The notes beneath the pieces are model-generated. The model did not search any database. It worked only from the letters and a program-made list of their open reading frames with translations, and was not told where the DNA came from. A stretch of 64,000 nt of DNA from NCBI RefSeq assembly GCF_006345805.1, contig NC_043007.1, positions 1,922,001-1,986,000 of the forward strand, given 5' to 3'. Every line of letters starts with the position of its first letter. Position 1 is the stretch's first letter. Origin of the DNA: Octopus sinensis (lineage: Eukaryota). A program made the translations under genes and the position numbers. Of this stretch, positions 25,200-38,827 are shown in pieces.

Positions 25200-26156
25200 A
25201 GCTTTATATTGATATGGATATAGAATTTGATGGAATTCTCCAGTTTAGATCACTTTAAGACATGAATTTCGTATCATAGTCTGTGGCAGGATGATATCAA
25301 AACAATTAAATAAGGGATTTCTGCAAATTTGTGTTCATAAGCACCATGGTTCTCATTGAACCTTTTGTGTCTGTGCATCATTTGCTTATTGTTTAATCTA
25401 TTTCATTTCTTTTTTTTTTGTATTTTTTTTTCTAATGTGTTTACATGTTTCCACTTTGGGTACACTATCTGTTTTTCCTCTGTGATCCGAGAAAAAGTTT
25501 TATAACAGTATTTAAAAATATAAAGTTTTTTTTTCTGCAGTATTTTAGTGAAGTCAACCTTCAGGTGAATTCTGAAACAGAAGCAATATCGACATTGGGA
25601 AATGTTAACAAGTAAATAAATAACATTTATCCAAGAATTCTTTGAACTGAATAAATAAACACCGTTTCGCAGGTTAATACTATAAAAAGCTTTCAGTTTC
25701 ATTTGTAAAAATATTTCACTTATTTACCAAAGCATTCACTTTTGTTTGCTAGAAGCATTAAATGTAAAGACATTACTTTCTTTTGAAATACTTATGCTTA
25801 ATGAGTATTTCTATGTTGTTTGTTAATTTTTTTTTTTTTGTTATGATTTGAATGTTCTTTTTTCTTTTATTTTCTGCAGTATTTTTTAATTTTTAATCCC
25901 AAAATTTGTACAAGACAAAGAATATAAAGTTTTGACAAGGAGTGGGAAGAAACCTTGTTTTGTCTGTTTTGAAGATTTTGTTTTATTTTCCCCACATTTT
26001 ATAATGATATTTTGCATTAGCAGAAAAGAAAAGCAAAAATGCAATGTTTGATATCATTTCCATTTTAATCCCACATCTTTTAAGAACCGTTTCTCACTTA
26101 CATCTAAAATAAGAAACACAAAACCAAGCCTGTCTACAAAACAGTCAGTCTTAGTT

Positions 26157-26345
26157 CATCATCATCATCATCATCATCATACGTCCGTTCTTCATGCTAG
26201 CATGGGTTGGACGGTTCAACCGGGGATCTGGGAAGCCAGAAGGCTGCACCAGGCTCCGGTCTTATCTGGCAAAGTTTCTACAGCTGGATGCCCTTCCTAA
26301 CGCCAACCACTCCGTGAGTGTAGTGGGTGCTTTTTACGTGCCACA
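26157..26345 (-). mobile_element. Family C copy
   Basis: (CAT)n plus the core homologous to 1859-2155. Confidence 0.75.
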
Positions 26346-26659
26346 AAAATGTAAAATCTTAAAGTAGATGTAACATGATAAGGAAGTTTGTGTCATAACC
26401 AGGAGGTCTTAGTTTCAATTCCCTGCATCACATCTTGAGAAAATATCATTTCTATAGCCCCTGGTCAACCCATATCTTATGGGTAAAATAGAGTAGATGG
26501 AAACTGTATGGTGACCCATGAGGTAGACAGTACCTGTAATTCACGGATACAACTTTGTCACCCGCTGCATCATACTTATTCTACCTGAGAATGACACTGC
26601 AAATACACATGTTTATGGTATACTCAGCCATCTGGTCATCTGTTCCTCTAGCTTGTGAC

Positions 26660-27060
26660 AACAGGCCACCATGCTCTTCTATTCTTATCCTGTCTTTGGC
26701 AAGGCCTGGGGCTTGAAACCAGTTTGGGTCCCATCTGCTCAGATAATCTTTTATGTTGGAACCCCAGATTTTCTTTGGACCTATTCTTTGGTCTCTTCTC
26801 ACCAGCTGGTAACCATAGCATTGCAGTTCTTGCAGGGATATTGTCCTCCATTTATAGAATATGCCCTATCAGCTGTATTCTTCTGTCTTTGATGACAAGA
26901 CTCAGGTATGTGGCACCTTCAAGGCACCTTTTTGTTTCTGATCTTGTCTTGCCATCTGATGCCCAAGATTTTTCAGCAGCATCTTTGTTTCAAAGTCTTT
27001 GTCTGTTTTTCAATTCTGGCTGTACTCTTTCATCTGTCAACAACATCGGTTATTGTTGAG
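26660..27060 (-). pseudogene. Decayed RTE-type LINE ORF2 3' fragment
   Basis: Broken minus-strand frames give ILGIRWQDKIRN, IKDRRIQLIGHIL*MEDNIPARTAMLWLPAGEKRPK and KIWGSNIKDYL...AKDR. Confidence 0.7.
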
Positions 27061-27449
27061 GTAACTGATAACTAGAATAACTTTAATTTGGTTTCTGATG
27101 TGTGCCTCTTTGATTACCATTATGGTTTGGAGTCTGTTGAATGCTTCAGCACCGTCAGTGCTCAGCCACTTAAACATTAATTCAGGAGTGGATTATTCAG
27201 GTGATTAACAAATGTGTCGTCATCACTGAATGACAGAGAACCACCACCTCCACCGCCGCCACTGCCACGATACCAGTACCAAAATCTTAAAAATGTCGCT
27301 CTGTCTCTTGTGCAAAAGACAAAAAAAAAATTGGGATCAGAGTTATAAAAGAGAGAAAAGAAGTATTTCTGTTTAGCAATACTAGCTTAAGTACTGCAGT
27401 TTATGTACTTATGTACTGTAGTTTTCACCAAATGTGAAAATCCATACAA

Positions 27450-28445
27450 GATGCTGACATTAGTTGGCACCGTTACAAGAAGGGAAACATGCAATTTCAA
27501 CTAACGTATAAATTTCCTGATGAATGACTTACCAATCTGTGCCTGATTCCTGCTGCCGTTTGATGAGTCAACAAATCTACCTGATACAACACTGCTGATA
27601 AGTTATAGAGAGAATGGTATTTAGTAAATTCCCTACAAAAGAAGAACAATAGAAAATGGTGCCTATCAAAGGCTGAACAACAGGTGATGTTATTTACAAT
27701 CGCATATTGAGACTACGTGTTGTCAGTAGATATGCCTCTGCATAAGCTATCTGCAATCTCTATTGATAAGGCATCAGAAATGGTTGATAATGTCAAAGAA
27801 TTTATTGCTCTCTGCAAAAATGGAAAAAAGAATCCTTTTTTTTTAACTTTCTGTTGTTCTATTGTGCTTTCCATCAAAAAGCTTTGTGTCGTAAACGTAT
27901 TTTATCACATGATGGTTGGACATGTCATGAATATTCTTATAAAAATAATCAAATCTGCCAGAACAGCACCTTTCTTTGCAACTCTGGCTTTTCAAAGCAT
28001 CACTAGAAGATATTGAAAACAAACAAGCCAATCTCATCACATGTATAAGGAATTACGATGACTTGGTAAAAATAAAGTACACACAGGATTTTTTTTTGTT
28101 GTTGTTTTTAGCTTAAATGAAGATGTAAATAAAAATTTCTCATATCCCAAAATCAATTTTGGGTTCGATTAGTTAATTGCTGGTTGGTGGATTAGGGTTT
28201 TCTCAAGGACACCAAACACAAATTGAATTCTTTAAACTAGGACCAGGAAGATCAACATGTGACTATTATGACAAACTCTATAAAATTACTGAAACCAAAA
28301 TTGGTCCCGTAGATTTCTCATTTGAAAATAAAGCCTCTTCTACATTTCCCAAATATAAAGAAAATGAGAGACAAGAGTGACTTCAACACAATGTCATTCA
28401 TTATCCGCCTTCAGGTTCTTCAGGAACAGTTTGAAAAGAGATTTA
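27450..28445 (+). mobile_element. Decayed hAT transposase (GTF2IRD2/SPIN-like subgroup)
   Basis: Frameshifted motifs in the expected order: FDESTN (27562), VPIKG*TTGDVIY, LSAISIDKASEMV, FLLFYCAFHQKALC (CxxH at 27863), LGFLKD, LLHFP, LQEQFEKRF. Confidence 0.75.
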
Positions 28446-28451
28446 AAACAT

Positions 28452-28608
28452 TGTGTGGTAGGTAGCTTGCTTACCAACCACATGGTTCCGGGTTCAGTCC
28501 CACTGCATGGCATCTTGGGCAAGTGTCTTCTACTATAGCTTCGGGCTGCCCAAAGTCTTGTGAGTGGATTTGGTAGATGGAAACTGAAAGAAGCCCGTCA
28601 TATATATG

Positions 28609-28655
<47 letters not shown>

Positions 28656-28860
28656 TTGTGTGTCTGTGTTTGTCCCCCTAGCATTGCTTGACAACAAATG
28701 CTGGTGTGTTTATGTCCCCGTCACTTAGCGGCTTGGCAAAAGAGACCGATAGAATAAGTACTAGGCTTACAAAGAATAAGTCTCGGGGTTGATTTGTTTG
28801 ACTAAAGGCGGTGCTCCAGCATGGCCACAGTCAAATGACTGAAGCAAGTGAAAAAAAAAG
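28452..28860 (+). mobile_element. SINE family A, abutting the hAT relic
   Basis: Homology to the other A copies. Two further 3' fragments of A at about 29437-29770. Confidence 0.8.
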
Positions 28861-30074
28861 ACCATCTTTATTAAAAAAGAAATCTTTTTATCTATTACAT
28901 ATGCATAAGAAATCTAGCTGCATCCATTAGACAACTTATTCAGGGAATGGAAGATCTTAAACTAAAGATTTTAGGCCTTCTGACCAAATGCCATTGTGCT
29001 AAAATGTTTTGTTGCACATAAAAACTTTTGGAATTTGGTTGTTTGAGAAAGATTTCAGTTCTTCAAAGCACAGAGTGCAAGAGTTGTAGTCTTTTGGATC
29101 CATTTATGTACTCAAATCACTAAGAGTGACTTTATAAATTACAAAATCAAAATTCAAATTCTGCTTCCCCAATGGCAATAAGCATCGTAATGATTGTTTA
29201 TATACAGCAATAACATCACCGATTTCTAATTAGAAAATATCAGTTAAGGAAATTCTTCATTAACAATTAACACTGATTTTGAAATTATCAAAGTTTTTTT
29301 TTTTTCTTTTCTTTTCTTTTAACCCCTCAGTAGAAAATGTTTAGTTGAAAATGTTGTTGCTCATTTCTCAAATATAGAGGATGTAAAGTTCTGCTTCCTT
29401 CTTTGATGTCATTTTAATCGGCTTTTCTTTGATCATAACTTAGCGGTTCAGCAAAAGAGACCAATAGAATAAGCTTACAAAGAATAAGTCCTGGGGTCGA
29501 TTTGCTTGACTAAAAGCAGTGCTCCAGCATGGCCACAGTCAAATGACTGAAACAAGTAAAAGAGTATTTCTTTTTACCTTATACATCGCTTGACAACTGA
29601 TGCTGGTGTGTTTACGTCCCCATAACTTAGCAGTTCGGCAAAAGAGATCGATAGAACAAGTATTAGGCTTACAAAGAATAAGTCCTGGGGTCGATTTGTT
29701 TCAACTAAAGGCAGTGCTCCAGCATGGCTGCAGTCAAATGACTGAAACAAATAAAAGAATAAAAGAGTATTAGTAAGGACCAGACAGAATTTGTTGGGGC
29801 TGGTTTTCTATGGCTTAATCCCCTTCCTGTCACTGGCACTTACCTGTTTTTAAGCAAGGTAGTATTTCCTGACAGCCAGACATGTTTTCTCAGGAAGACT
29901 AGAAACAAGCAACATCACTTGTATGACAGAGATGCTCGTTTACAATCAACAACACATATATACACACATGCACATATAAATACTTATATATACACATCCA
30001 TGTATATATATATCACTACCAATCCTTCACAGTTACCATCATCATCATGTATGACAGACTTCTTATAGTATCCT

Positions 30075-30480
30075 TTTTCTTCATTGCCCACAAGGGGCTA
30101 AACATAGAAGGGACAGACAAAGGGATTAAGTTGATTACATCGGCTCCAGTGCGTAACTGGTACTTATTTAATCGACCCCGAAAGGATGAAGGGCAAAGTC
30201 GACCTCGGCAGAATTTTAACTCAGAACGTAGCGGCAGATGAAATCCCTATTTCTCTATTGCCCACAAGGGGCTAAACACAGAGGGGACGAACAAGGACAG
30301 ACAAGGGGAATTAAGTCGATTATATCGATCCCAGTGTGTAACTGGTACTTATTTAATCAACCCCAAAAGGATGAAAGGCAACGTCGACCTCGGCGGAATT
30401 TGAACTCAGAACGTAATGGCAGATGAAATACCACTAAGCATTTCACCTGGCATGCTAACAATTCTGCCGGCTTGCTGCCT
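30075..30480 (-). mobile_element. SINE family B head-to-tail dimer
   Basis: Two consecutive gcccacaaggggctaaac...gaactcagaacgta units joined near 30245. Confidence 0.8.
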
Positions 30481-30959
30481 TAAAATTATAGTTTCCATTT
30501 ACAAAATCCACTCACAAGGTGTCAGTGCCAAGGGTACCACAGGGAAGGACCAAACCCAGAACAACATGGTTGGGATGCGGACTTCTTAACTACACCCCTA
30601 CATGGTACCTTTGAAAGAGAAAGGTGTTATTCTTCAGTGGCATATTACCTGTATGCAAATCCGTTCTATTACTGGCAAATATATATATATATCTTCGTTA
30701 TCATTGTAACGAGTTTTGCCAATGAAAACTGCTGGGATATCTTTCCATTGTTGCTGAATGCAAATGTTATGCTTTTTTTTGCTTTTTTTGACTTAGGGGA
30801 AGGTAGCGGTGGTTGTTGTTTTTGTTGTTGTTGCAATGAATGTATTCACTTGTCAAACATGGGGAGGTGTGTGGTGGGGGTGGATAAAGTCTTTGTTGAG
30901 CATAATGTAATATTTTGTTTGCTTCTGTTGGCAGCTGTTGGAAATACAACAGACCCAAC

Positions 30960-31004
<45 letters not shown>

Positions 31005-31499
31005 TGATAATAATAATAATAATCCTTTATAGTGATGATAGTGGGTGGTGTTGATGATGATGATGATGATGATGATTCGAGCCATTACCTGCTTTTGGGA
31101 AACTTATCTAGATGGGTGGGAAATGCTCCCCCACCCCACCAGCCCGCCCACCGCTATCTGTTTACACACGATGCAGGTTTTATTTGAGCAGTTGTCATTT
31201 TAGAGACACAATCTCACTGTTGCCCCCTTTGTGTTGTACTTCTTATGTAGAAGTGTGTGTGTATGTGTGTGTTTATGAATGTAGGCATGTCTGTGTGTAC
31301 ATATGCATTTGTGTGTGAGTGTGTGTGTTTGCATGCATATATATATATATATATATATATATCAAGAGAGATATGGATATATGTGTGTTGTGTATGTATA
31401 TATGTATAGATATGTTGTCTGTATATATATATATGTGTGTATGTGTATGTGTGACAATGTGTATAGTCCAACCCATACCAGCATGGAAGATGGATGTTA

Positions 31500-31831
<332 letters not shown>

Positions 31832-32979
31832 AAAAGTGAAGGAGAGAGATGTTGAAAAAATCTATTGTAAGCATATTCTGTAGTGTGTATTTCCTTTTTT
31901 TCATAAAAATGACAGCTAGCCAAAGAACTGGAACTGAAAAAAATAAATAAATAATGGTAAAAGTTTTGAAAGATGAATATATCTTGTATTTTTTTTCCTT
32001 TTGTTTCTTTCTTTTCCTTTCCAAGAATGAAAGAAAAAAATATACTTGCAACCCAAAAGATATTCAATGTTTTAAAGAACGAAACCATTTCATATTTTTG
32101 CAGTGATTGGACTAGCATAGATTATAATTATTCTTATTATATTTCCACTTGAGTTCCCATTTCTGATTGGTGCCATTTCGCTTGACAGTTCCCTTGAGAA
32201 AGCACGACCATTTCAGCATCGCCTTTCTCCCCCACTCCTGACTCTTAAAGATATATATACCTTCTGTGCAAAGGTACCGTGTTATTGTTTTTGTTGGTGT
32301 TTGCGTAAACAATTTTAGGTTTTGCTGACTGGAAAATATTAGAAGTGTTCTTTCTATCCGACCTTCTGACAGTTCCTACTTCCTTTGAGATTTTGGTACC
32401 TTCAAAGCAATTTTTATCGATGTCAGATTTCCCCCCACCCCAGCCACCCACTTCAGCAAACGTCTTCTATTACAGCTCTGGGTTGTCCCTCTGTTCCTTG
32501 ACTCACACTTCACCTTCCATTCACAACACAACCAGTGAAACTACTCCAAGAGTTTGATATTGACCAACTCTTATAGGCCTGATTTTTTTTGATTATTTTT
32601 TTAAAATTTTGTTTCTCTCTTTCCTGTTGAACTTAAAAATATGTTTGTTGTATTCATAGAGTTGTTGTAGTCCCTATGACATTGGTCACTAATCGGTCAT
32701 TGTTAGTCTTTTTCACTTGACATTCATGTGGTTTCTCTTGAAAATGAATACAAAGTAACCCTTTATCTTCTTCAGTGCTGCATACAGGCCTTCAAAGCTG
32801 TCACAAAGAAAGCATTATGCCCCTAACCTTAATCCAATATCAAAAAACTTATAAATTCTTCTTAAATCCATGAAAATCAGTTCTTCTTTGTTTCAGTTGT
32901 CTTTTAGAAATCTTTTCCATTTTTTTTCTCTTTTTCATTTTTCACCAAAATTTTTCGTCTTCTTTTGCTCTCTTTCCAG

Positions 32980-33569
32980 GTGATTTTCCTCGTGCTTGGT
33001 CTCTTCTTCTGGAACACATTGAATATTCGGCTCTTTGCCCGAACGCAGAGGTATCTCTTGCTGCTCTGAAGAGTTTTCAAGAAATCATGCAAATCAACCG
33101 GGATTCGAAAGAGAAAACCGAGGACACTCGTGGTGGTCGTGGCAATGTGATACCCCCCAGTGAAGAGGTGATGTGCCGATCTGAAGACGAGACTCTCACT
33201 GCTTCCAAACTATCTCAAAACGAAGGATCAAAAAGTGATAACGACCTAACTCTTTGGTCAACTGCCTGGCGTGTGTGGCTGAATATTGGAACATTATCTA
33301 CAAAGGCACCAACTGGCAAAAGTCAGAAGCTGTATATTCCTTCTCAGTCCTTCCTCACGGCTCTTGTCCACACATTTCCATCTTTGTTTCACCATATTAA
33401 ATCCCGTTTTGTGGCTGCTGATCTGCAAAAGCTCTCAACTGTTCTGCGCAGTGCTTTGTCAGTACCAGTCCATGGTGACTTTTCCCCCTTCATTATACCA
33501 ACATACCCAGAGTTAACGATTACCCCTTTGCAAGAATCAACTCTCAATGCCGTCCAAGTTCTAATTAAG
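32980..33569 (+). CDS. MON2: Internal coding exon of MON2 homolog
   Basis: Acceptor tctttccag|GT at 32978-32979 completes the split Gly codon from the previous exon. Reads GDFPRAWSLLLEHIEYSALCPNAEVSLAALKSFQEIMQ...LWSTAWRVWLNIG...IPSQSFLTALVHTFPSLFHHIK...DLQKLSTVLRSALSVPV...LQESTLNAVQVLIK, then donor AAG|gtcagt at 33570. Collinear with recalled MON2 (DFSRAW...EVSLAALKSFQEIL...IPSQPFLTALIQIFP). 590 nt. Confidence 0.95.
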
Positions 33570-34187
33570 GTCAGTAACCCAAATATATTTTTTAACATGC
33601 AACAATTTAAAAAGACAATTTTTTTGTAGTAGATTTTGTTTTCTTTGTATAAATATTTTACAAATCAACTGCTTGTCAGGTTTTACAATACTGCCTATGT
33701 TCAGCTAGATAGACAACAATTTTTGTACTATAGTCATAGGAGTGGCTGTGTGGTAAGTAGCTTGCTTACGAAGTGTGGGTTCAGTCCCTGGATCAGATGG
33801 CACTGTGGCTTTCAACAAGGCACTCAGTTTTGTTATAGCACCAGCTGGCTGTTCATTCATCACCCCACCCCCACCCCATGATGTGCTGGATGTCCCTCTG
33901 CTTCAAATGTGTAATGGTCAGCATGGTATTCATGATTGATTGCAGCCTCAAAGGCACCCACAGTAATTAGCAAAAACTTGGTACTTGGTGCCAAGTCATC
34001 ACTTGCTTACAAATGGTGTCTTGGGTGTCCGGTTGTATCAGGAATTATTGTACTGGCATCTGTGTTCCCTTGTCTTCAGATTGCATGGTAAATGTTGTAA
34101 ATGACTGTTATTGGCATAGAAGCAATGCCAGCCATTTCTGATATTCTACAAAATATTACCTTGCTTTGGAGCAGGTAAGCATTTATT

Positions 34188-34620
34188 TCTTTTTTACCAA
34201 CAGGGTCTAAACATAGAGGGGACAAACAAGAACAGACAAATGGATTAAGTCGATTACTTCAACCCCAGTGATTAACTGGTACTTCTTTAATCGACCCCTG
34301 GTACTTAATTTATCGACCCCAAAAGGATGAAAGGTAAAGTCGACCTCGGCAGAATTTGAACTCAGAACGTAACAACAGACAAAATACCTATTTCTTTACT
34401 ACCCACAAGGGGCTAAACACAGAGAGGACAAACAAGGACACACAAACGGATTAAGTCAATTACATCAACCCCAGTGAGTAACTGATACTTATTTAATCGA
34501 CCCCGAAAGGATGAAAGGCAAAGTCGACCTCGGCGGAATTTGAACTCAGAACATAGCGGCAGATGAAATACCGCTAGGCATTTCGCCCGGCGTGCTAACG
34601 TTTCTGCCAGCTCGCTGCCT
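34188..34620 (-). mobile_element. SINE family B head-to-tail dimer
   Basis: Junction gacaaaatacct|atttctttactacccacaagggg near 34385. Confidence 0.8.
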
Positions 34621-35431
34621 TTCTTCAAGGCTATCAATGCAGGTAAGCATTGATAGCAAGAAGGGTATCTCAGTAAACTCCATTCAGCCCAGGCAAGCAT
34701 TAAAAATTGGACATTAAAAGGTTGATGATGACAATGGCAATGTTAGTGGTGGTGGTGGTGGTTGTGGTGGTGGTGGTGGTGGTTGTGACCCTAATCATGT
34801 TTGTGGTTATGACGATAATGCAACTCAGCTTAATTGCAATGCGTCACTAATGAAAATCGTTATACAGTAAGTCAAATTTGCATAGCAGGCAATAAATTAT
34901 GAGGTTTCAATGAGTGGCCAGGTGTGTTTGCGCCTGTGTAACATGGCATAAATTTTACAACAAAACCAGAATAAAAGGTTTTGTTTTTATTACTTAGAGT
35001 ACGATTTGTGTGCATATAATGTTACAGTCGGTCCCGGTTATCTTTTACGATGCTGTGTATCAGCATGACAATCATTCGACTGATATCGTTTGATTTATTT
35101 CGATTCCCTTTGATGTCCACTGAACTAAAACGAATTCATATGCATTGATAATGAACGCCACATTATTTTTACTCATTAATTCTCATGATGATAACTGCAT
35201 CTACCTAATTTATTTGTGTTTTACACCAATCCAAGCTGTCTTTTTTTTATTGATACCATTCCACTTGTCCCTTCTGAGCTTTTTTTTTTTTTGTGTTCTC
35301 ATTCAATATTTTTCCATCTCCTGATTACACAAGCTTGGTTAGATTCTGGACTTTTACAAGCTCTGTATTGTTCAATGACAACAACTAAGGTGAAGCAGTT
35401 TAAGAATAAATAATGGGAGTCAATCTGTGTG

Positions 35432-35808
35432 GCAGAAGGCTTGTTACGTTCTGTGGTTACATTCTGAGTTCAAATTCCGACAAGGTCGACTTTGCCTTTC
35501 ATCCTTTCGGGGTTGATAAATTAAGTACCAGTTATGCACTGGGGTCGATGTAATCAACTTAATCCCTTTGTCTGTCCTTGTTTGTCCCCTCTATGTTTAG
35601 CCCCTTGTGGGTAGTAAAGAAATAGGTATTTCGTCTGCTGTTGCATTCTGAGTTCAAATTCCGCCGAGGTCAACTTTGCCTTTCATCATTTCAGGGTCGA
35701 TAAATTAAGTACCAGTTATATACTGGGGTCAATGTAATCGACTTAATCCCTTTGTCTGTCCTTGTTTGTTCTCTCTGTGTTTAGCCCCTTGTGGGTCGTA
35801 AAGAAATA
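35432..35808 (+). mobile_element. SINE family B head-to-tail dimer, inverted relative to 34188-34620
   Basis: Junction gtaaagaaat|aggtatttcgtctgc near 35622. Confidence 0.8.
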
Positions 35809-36382
35809 AGAAAGCTTGCTTCCAAACCACATGGTTCCATGTTCTGACCCACAGTGCGGTACCTTGAGCAAGTATCTTCTGCTAAACTCTTGGGCCAACC
35901 ACAGCTGTTGTAGGTGGATTTGGCAGATAGAAATGGAAAGAAGCATGTTGTGTGTGTGTGTTTGTCTTCTGCATAACCATCCCTTATCAAACTGTCCAAC
36001 CCATGACTGCATGGAAAGTGGACTTTATACGATGTTAATATTTTATGTATACATATGTATTTATATATGTGTATATATGTATATACATATGTAAATACGG
36101 ATGCATGCAAGCATGGCTGTGTGCTTGAGTAGTTCACTCTGGACTACATGGTCTTGGGTTCAGGTCCCACTGTGTGGCACTTTGGGCTGAAATGAAGGAC
36201 AAGGCCATGTCTAGTGCTGCCTCAATAGGAAGGAGTTACCCTCTGACTGAAAACAGATTGAATGCTTGCAACAGAGGGGACATCTGCTAAAAGCCATATC
36301 ACTTTACTAACTCAATGACAGTCTTGTTGAAGTGAATGTTTCATGGTATTTATTCCACACCTCTGAGTTCAAATCCTTCCTA

Positions 36383-36795
36383 TACTCTTTTACTTGTTTC
36401 AGTCATTTGACTGTGACCATGCTGGAGCACTGCCTTTAGTCGAGCAAATCGACCCCTGGACTTATTCTCTGTAAGCCCAGTACTTATTCTATCAGTCTCT
36501 TTTGCTGAACCGCTAAGTTATGGTGACGTAAACACACCAGCATCGGTTATCAAGCGATGTTGGGGGGGGGGGGGACAAACACAGACGCACAAACACACAC
36601 ACACATATATATATACATATACATATATATACGATGGGCTTCTTTCAGTTTCCATCTACCAAATCCACTCACAAGGCTTTGGTCATCTCGAGACTATAGT
36701 CAAAGACACTTGCCCAAGGTGCCATACAATGGGACTGAACCCAGAACCATGTGATTGGTAAGCAAGCTACTTACCACACAGCCACTCCTGTACCT
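36383..36795 (-). mobile_element. SINE family A
   Basis: Homology to 6551-6954. Confidence 0.8.
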
Positions 36796-37448
36796 ATGTC
36801 AACATTGCCTTTCATTTTTTTGATGGGAATCAATAAAAAATGAACAAATCTTGGGTGATGGATTAGAAGAACTGTTTAGAAGGTCAGACAAGGATATCTT
36901 GCGCAGTATCTGTTCTGGTCCTTTAATCCTTCAGACGGCAAGACTTGTGATGCCACTGGTACCAAGATGTAATGGTCCAAGTTGATGACCATTCCCTTGG
37001 ATGACATTAGTTGTATGGGGAGCAGAGATTGGCATGTGGGGGCAATTTCCTGCCGTCATTATCATCATCATCATCATCATTCTCATCATCATTTAATAGC
37101 CATTTTCCACACTGGTATGGGTTCGGCAGTTTGACTGGAGCTGGGAAGCCATAGAGCTGCACCAAGCTCCAGTCTTCTGTTTCGGCCTGGTGTCTACAGC
37201 TGGACGTCCTTCCTAACACCACCCACTTTACAGAGTGGGCCCAGCCACTTGTTAAGGCCTGCATGCAATGTGCAAACGAACAGAGAGAGCTCCCGCCCAC
37301 CACTGTCAACCTCAATTTGTTTTATACCAACTTTCACAGTTATAAAATAACAACTGACCATTAATAAAATGTTAAAATATGATAAGCTTTTCCATATTAG
37401 ACAAGGACCATTGATCAATACAACACTGCAGGACATGGTTACAATTCT

Positions 37449-37449
<1 letters not shown>

Positions 37450-37481
<32 letters not shown>

Positions 37482-37597
37482 TATTATCATTATTATCATT
37501 ATAATTATTATTATTATTATTAGTTTTATTATTGTTGTTGTTGTTGTTGTTGTTATCATTATTATTATTATTATTATTGTTGTTGTTATTATTATTA

Positions 37598-37643
<46 letters not shown>

Positions 37644-37647
37644 TATT

Positions 37648-37680
<33 letters not shown>

Positions 37681-37726
37681 ATTATTATCATTATTATTGT
37701 TGTTGTTGTTGTTGTTGTTGTTATTA

Positions 37727-37766
<40 letters not shown>

Positions 37767-37795
37767 CATTATTATTATTATTATTACTATTATTA
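37450..37795. repeat. Compound (CAT/ATT/GTT)n trinucleotide repeat
   Basis: Directly visible. Confidence 0.95.
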
Positions 37796-38787
37796 TAGAA
37801 AAGCAAACAAACTCCATAACATACATGGAAACAGAATGGTCTTATAATTTTCCAAACCAGCAAACTGTAAAAATAACAAAACAAAAACAAAAACAAAAAC
37901 AAAAACAAAAAAAAAAAACCACCTGTTACCTAGTGTTCAGAATAATGATATTCCAAATTAGTAAATGACCCAAGAAATTAATAACTAATCAGTTGGAAGG
38001 AAATAGAAATTTTTAACATTGTTAACAACCTAAAAAAAAAAAAATAATAAGTTGCAGTGATGTAAACAAGATATGTGAAATGTCTACACAGGTACAATTA
38101 AACTTCGTTTGTTTGTTTGTTTGTTTTTGCTCTTCTCTAATCGCTTTGTATTGTTTTGATATAAAACTCCATCCAACTTCAGTGTCTCTGATTGTACATT
38201 GATAAATATTAAATGGCGATTGGTGTAATGTAGGAAAAACACAAAGTTCGGAAAAAAGGAAACATTCTCTACTTTCTCATATAACATTCAAAATCGCTTC
38301 AGTTTTTTTTAATTTTGTTCATTGTTTGTTGTGTCTTTATAATAACAATAGCATTGGACCTCTGGTTTCTGTATTTTGTTTGCAAGATTCTTGTTATGAA
38401 TTTGTATCTTGAAACAAATTTTTGTTGTATCTTGGAGGTGGTGGTGGTGGTGTTGGTGGTGGTGGTGGTAGTGGTGGTAGTGGTGCGGTCATTATGCCAA
38501 TAATAAACATTTCCATTGGTTTTATTCTATTTCTTTTACTTATTTATGTTATTATTATTATTATTAAGGTTGTGGGCTGGCAAAATTGTTAGCATGACAG
38601 GCAAAATGCTTCACAGCATTTCATTCCTCTTTACATGCTGAGTTCAAGTTCTACCGAGGTCGACTTTGCTTTACATCCTTTTGTGGTCGATAAAATAAGA
38701 ACCAGTTGAACACTGTGGGTCAATCTAATTAACTCATCCCCTCCCCCAAAATTGCTGCCCTTGTGACAAAATTTGAAACTATTATTA

Positions 38788-38827
<40 letters not shown>

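Noticed and set aside
26655-27059. 134-aa plus-strand ORF
   Set aside because: It is the antisense shadow of a decayed RTE LINE fragment.
33087-33629. ORF-track 180-aa protein starting at Met 33087
   Set aside because: It is part of a spliced MON2 exon that begins at 32980 and ends at the 33570 donor. The ATG is internal and the tail is intron read-through.
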